A stretch of 64,000 nucleotides of DNA from the NCBI GenBank assembly GCA_963766075.1, contig CAVYAN010000008.1:1-64000 (forward strand), in the 5' to 3' direction. Below, piece by piece: positions 63,929 through 64,000 of this stretch (its first letter is position 1; the number at the start of each line of letters is the position of its first letter). Under the pieces are notes generated by a model that saw only the letters and a list, made by a program, of their open reading frames with translations, had not been told where the DNA came from and did no database searches. Origin of the DNA: an uncultured cyanobacterium. Lineage in GTDB: Bacteria > Cyanobacteriota > Cyanobacteriia > Leptolyngbyales > Leptolyngbyaceae. The position numbers were made by a program, and so were the translations under genes.

Positions 63929-64000
63929 TTTCTGTATCCTATTCTTGCCATTTCCAGGGCTTCTTCATAAGTCCACTGAGGCATGGGATCAAGGTCGGCA

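Noticed and set aside
1..64000. tRNA or rRNA genes and an integron integrase
   Set aside because: None recognised; no ORF with tyrosine-recombinase motifs in the track

Overview
Cyanobacterial chromosomal DNA, judged from dense HIP1 GCGATCGC octamers, ndhD, crtW and cyanobacteriochrome kinases. 1-24.3 kb is a large surface-polysaccharide locus: about ten glycosyltransferases, WecA/MraY-type initiator, acyltransferase, glf, Wzm/Wzt, a Wzy-like membrane protein and divergent wza-wzc. Several of its genes carry single-base indels that look like assembly errors. 24.4-44.3 kb holds housekeeping and signalling genes, including two bilin-type GAF histidine kinases, a deaminase, an ABC transporter, codB, a DEDDh exonuclease, ndhD, a USP, a DnaJ-pentapeptide protein and a prmA-like gene. 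44.4-53.6 kb and 60.9-64 kb are accessory DNA. They contain a nested IS cluster, two inverted ISKra4-family copies and three integron attC-like sites. The shared, split 8-bp target site of the ISKra4 copies indicates the 13.7 kb between them was inverted. The attC-like sites flank cassette-like cargo (DUF4926; TetR + GT1 + P-loop kinase; FAD monooxygenase; an IS4-split ORF), and no integrase is visible in the window. Two MITEs with target duplications and a family of short dispersed repeats were also found. All calls come from reading the sequence; no database searches were run.
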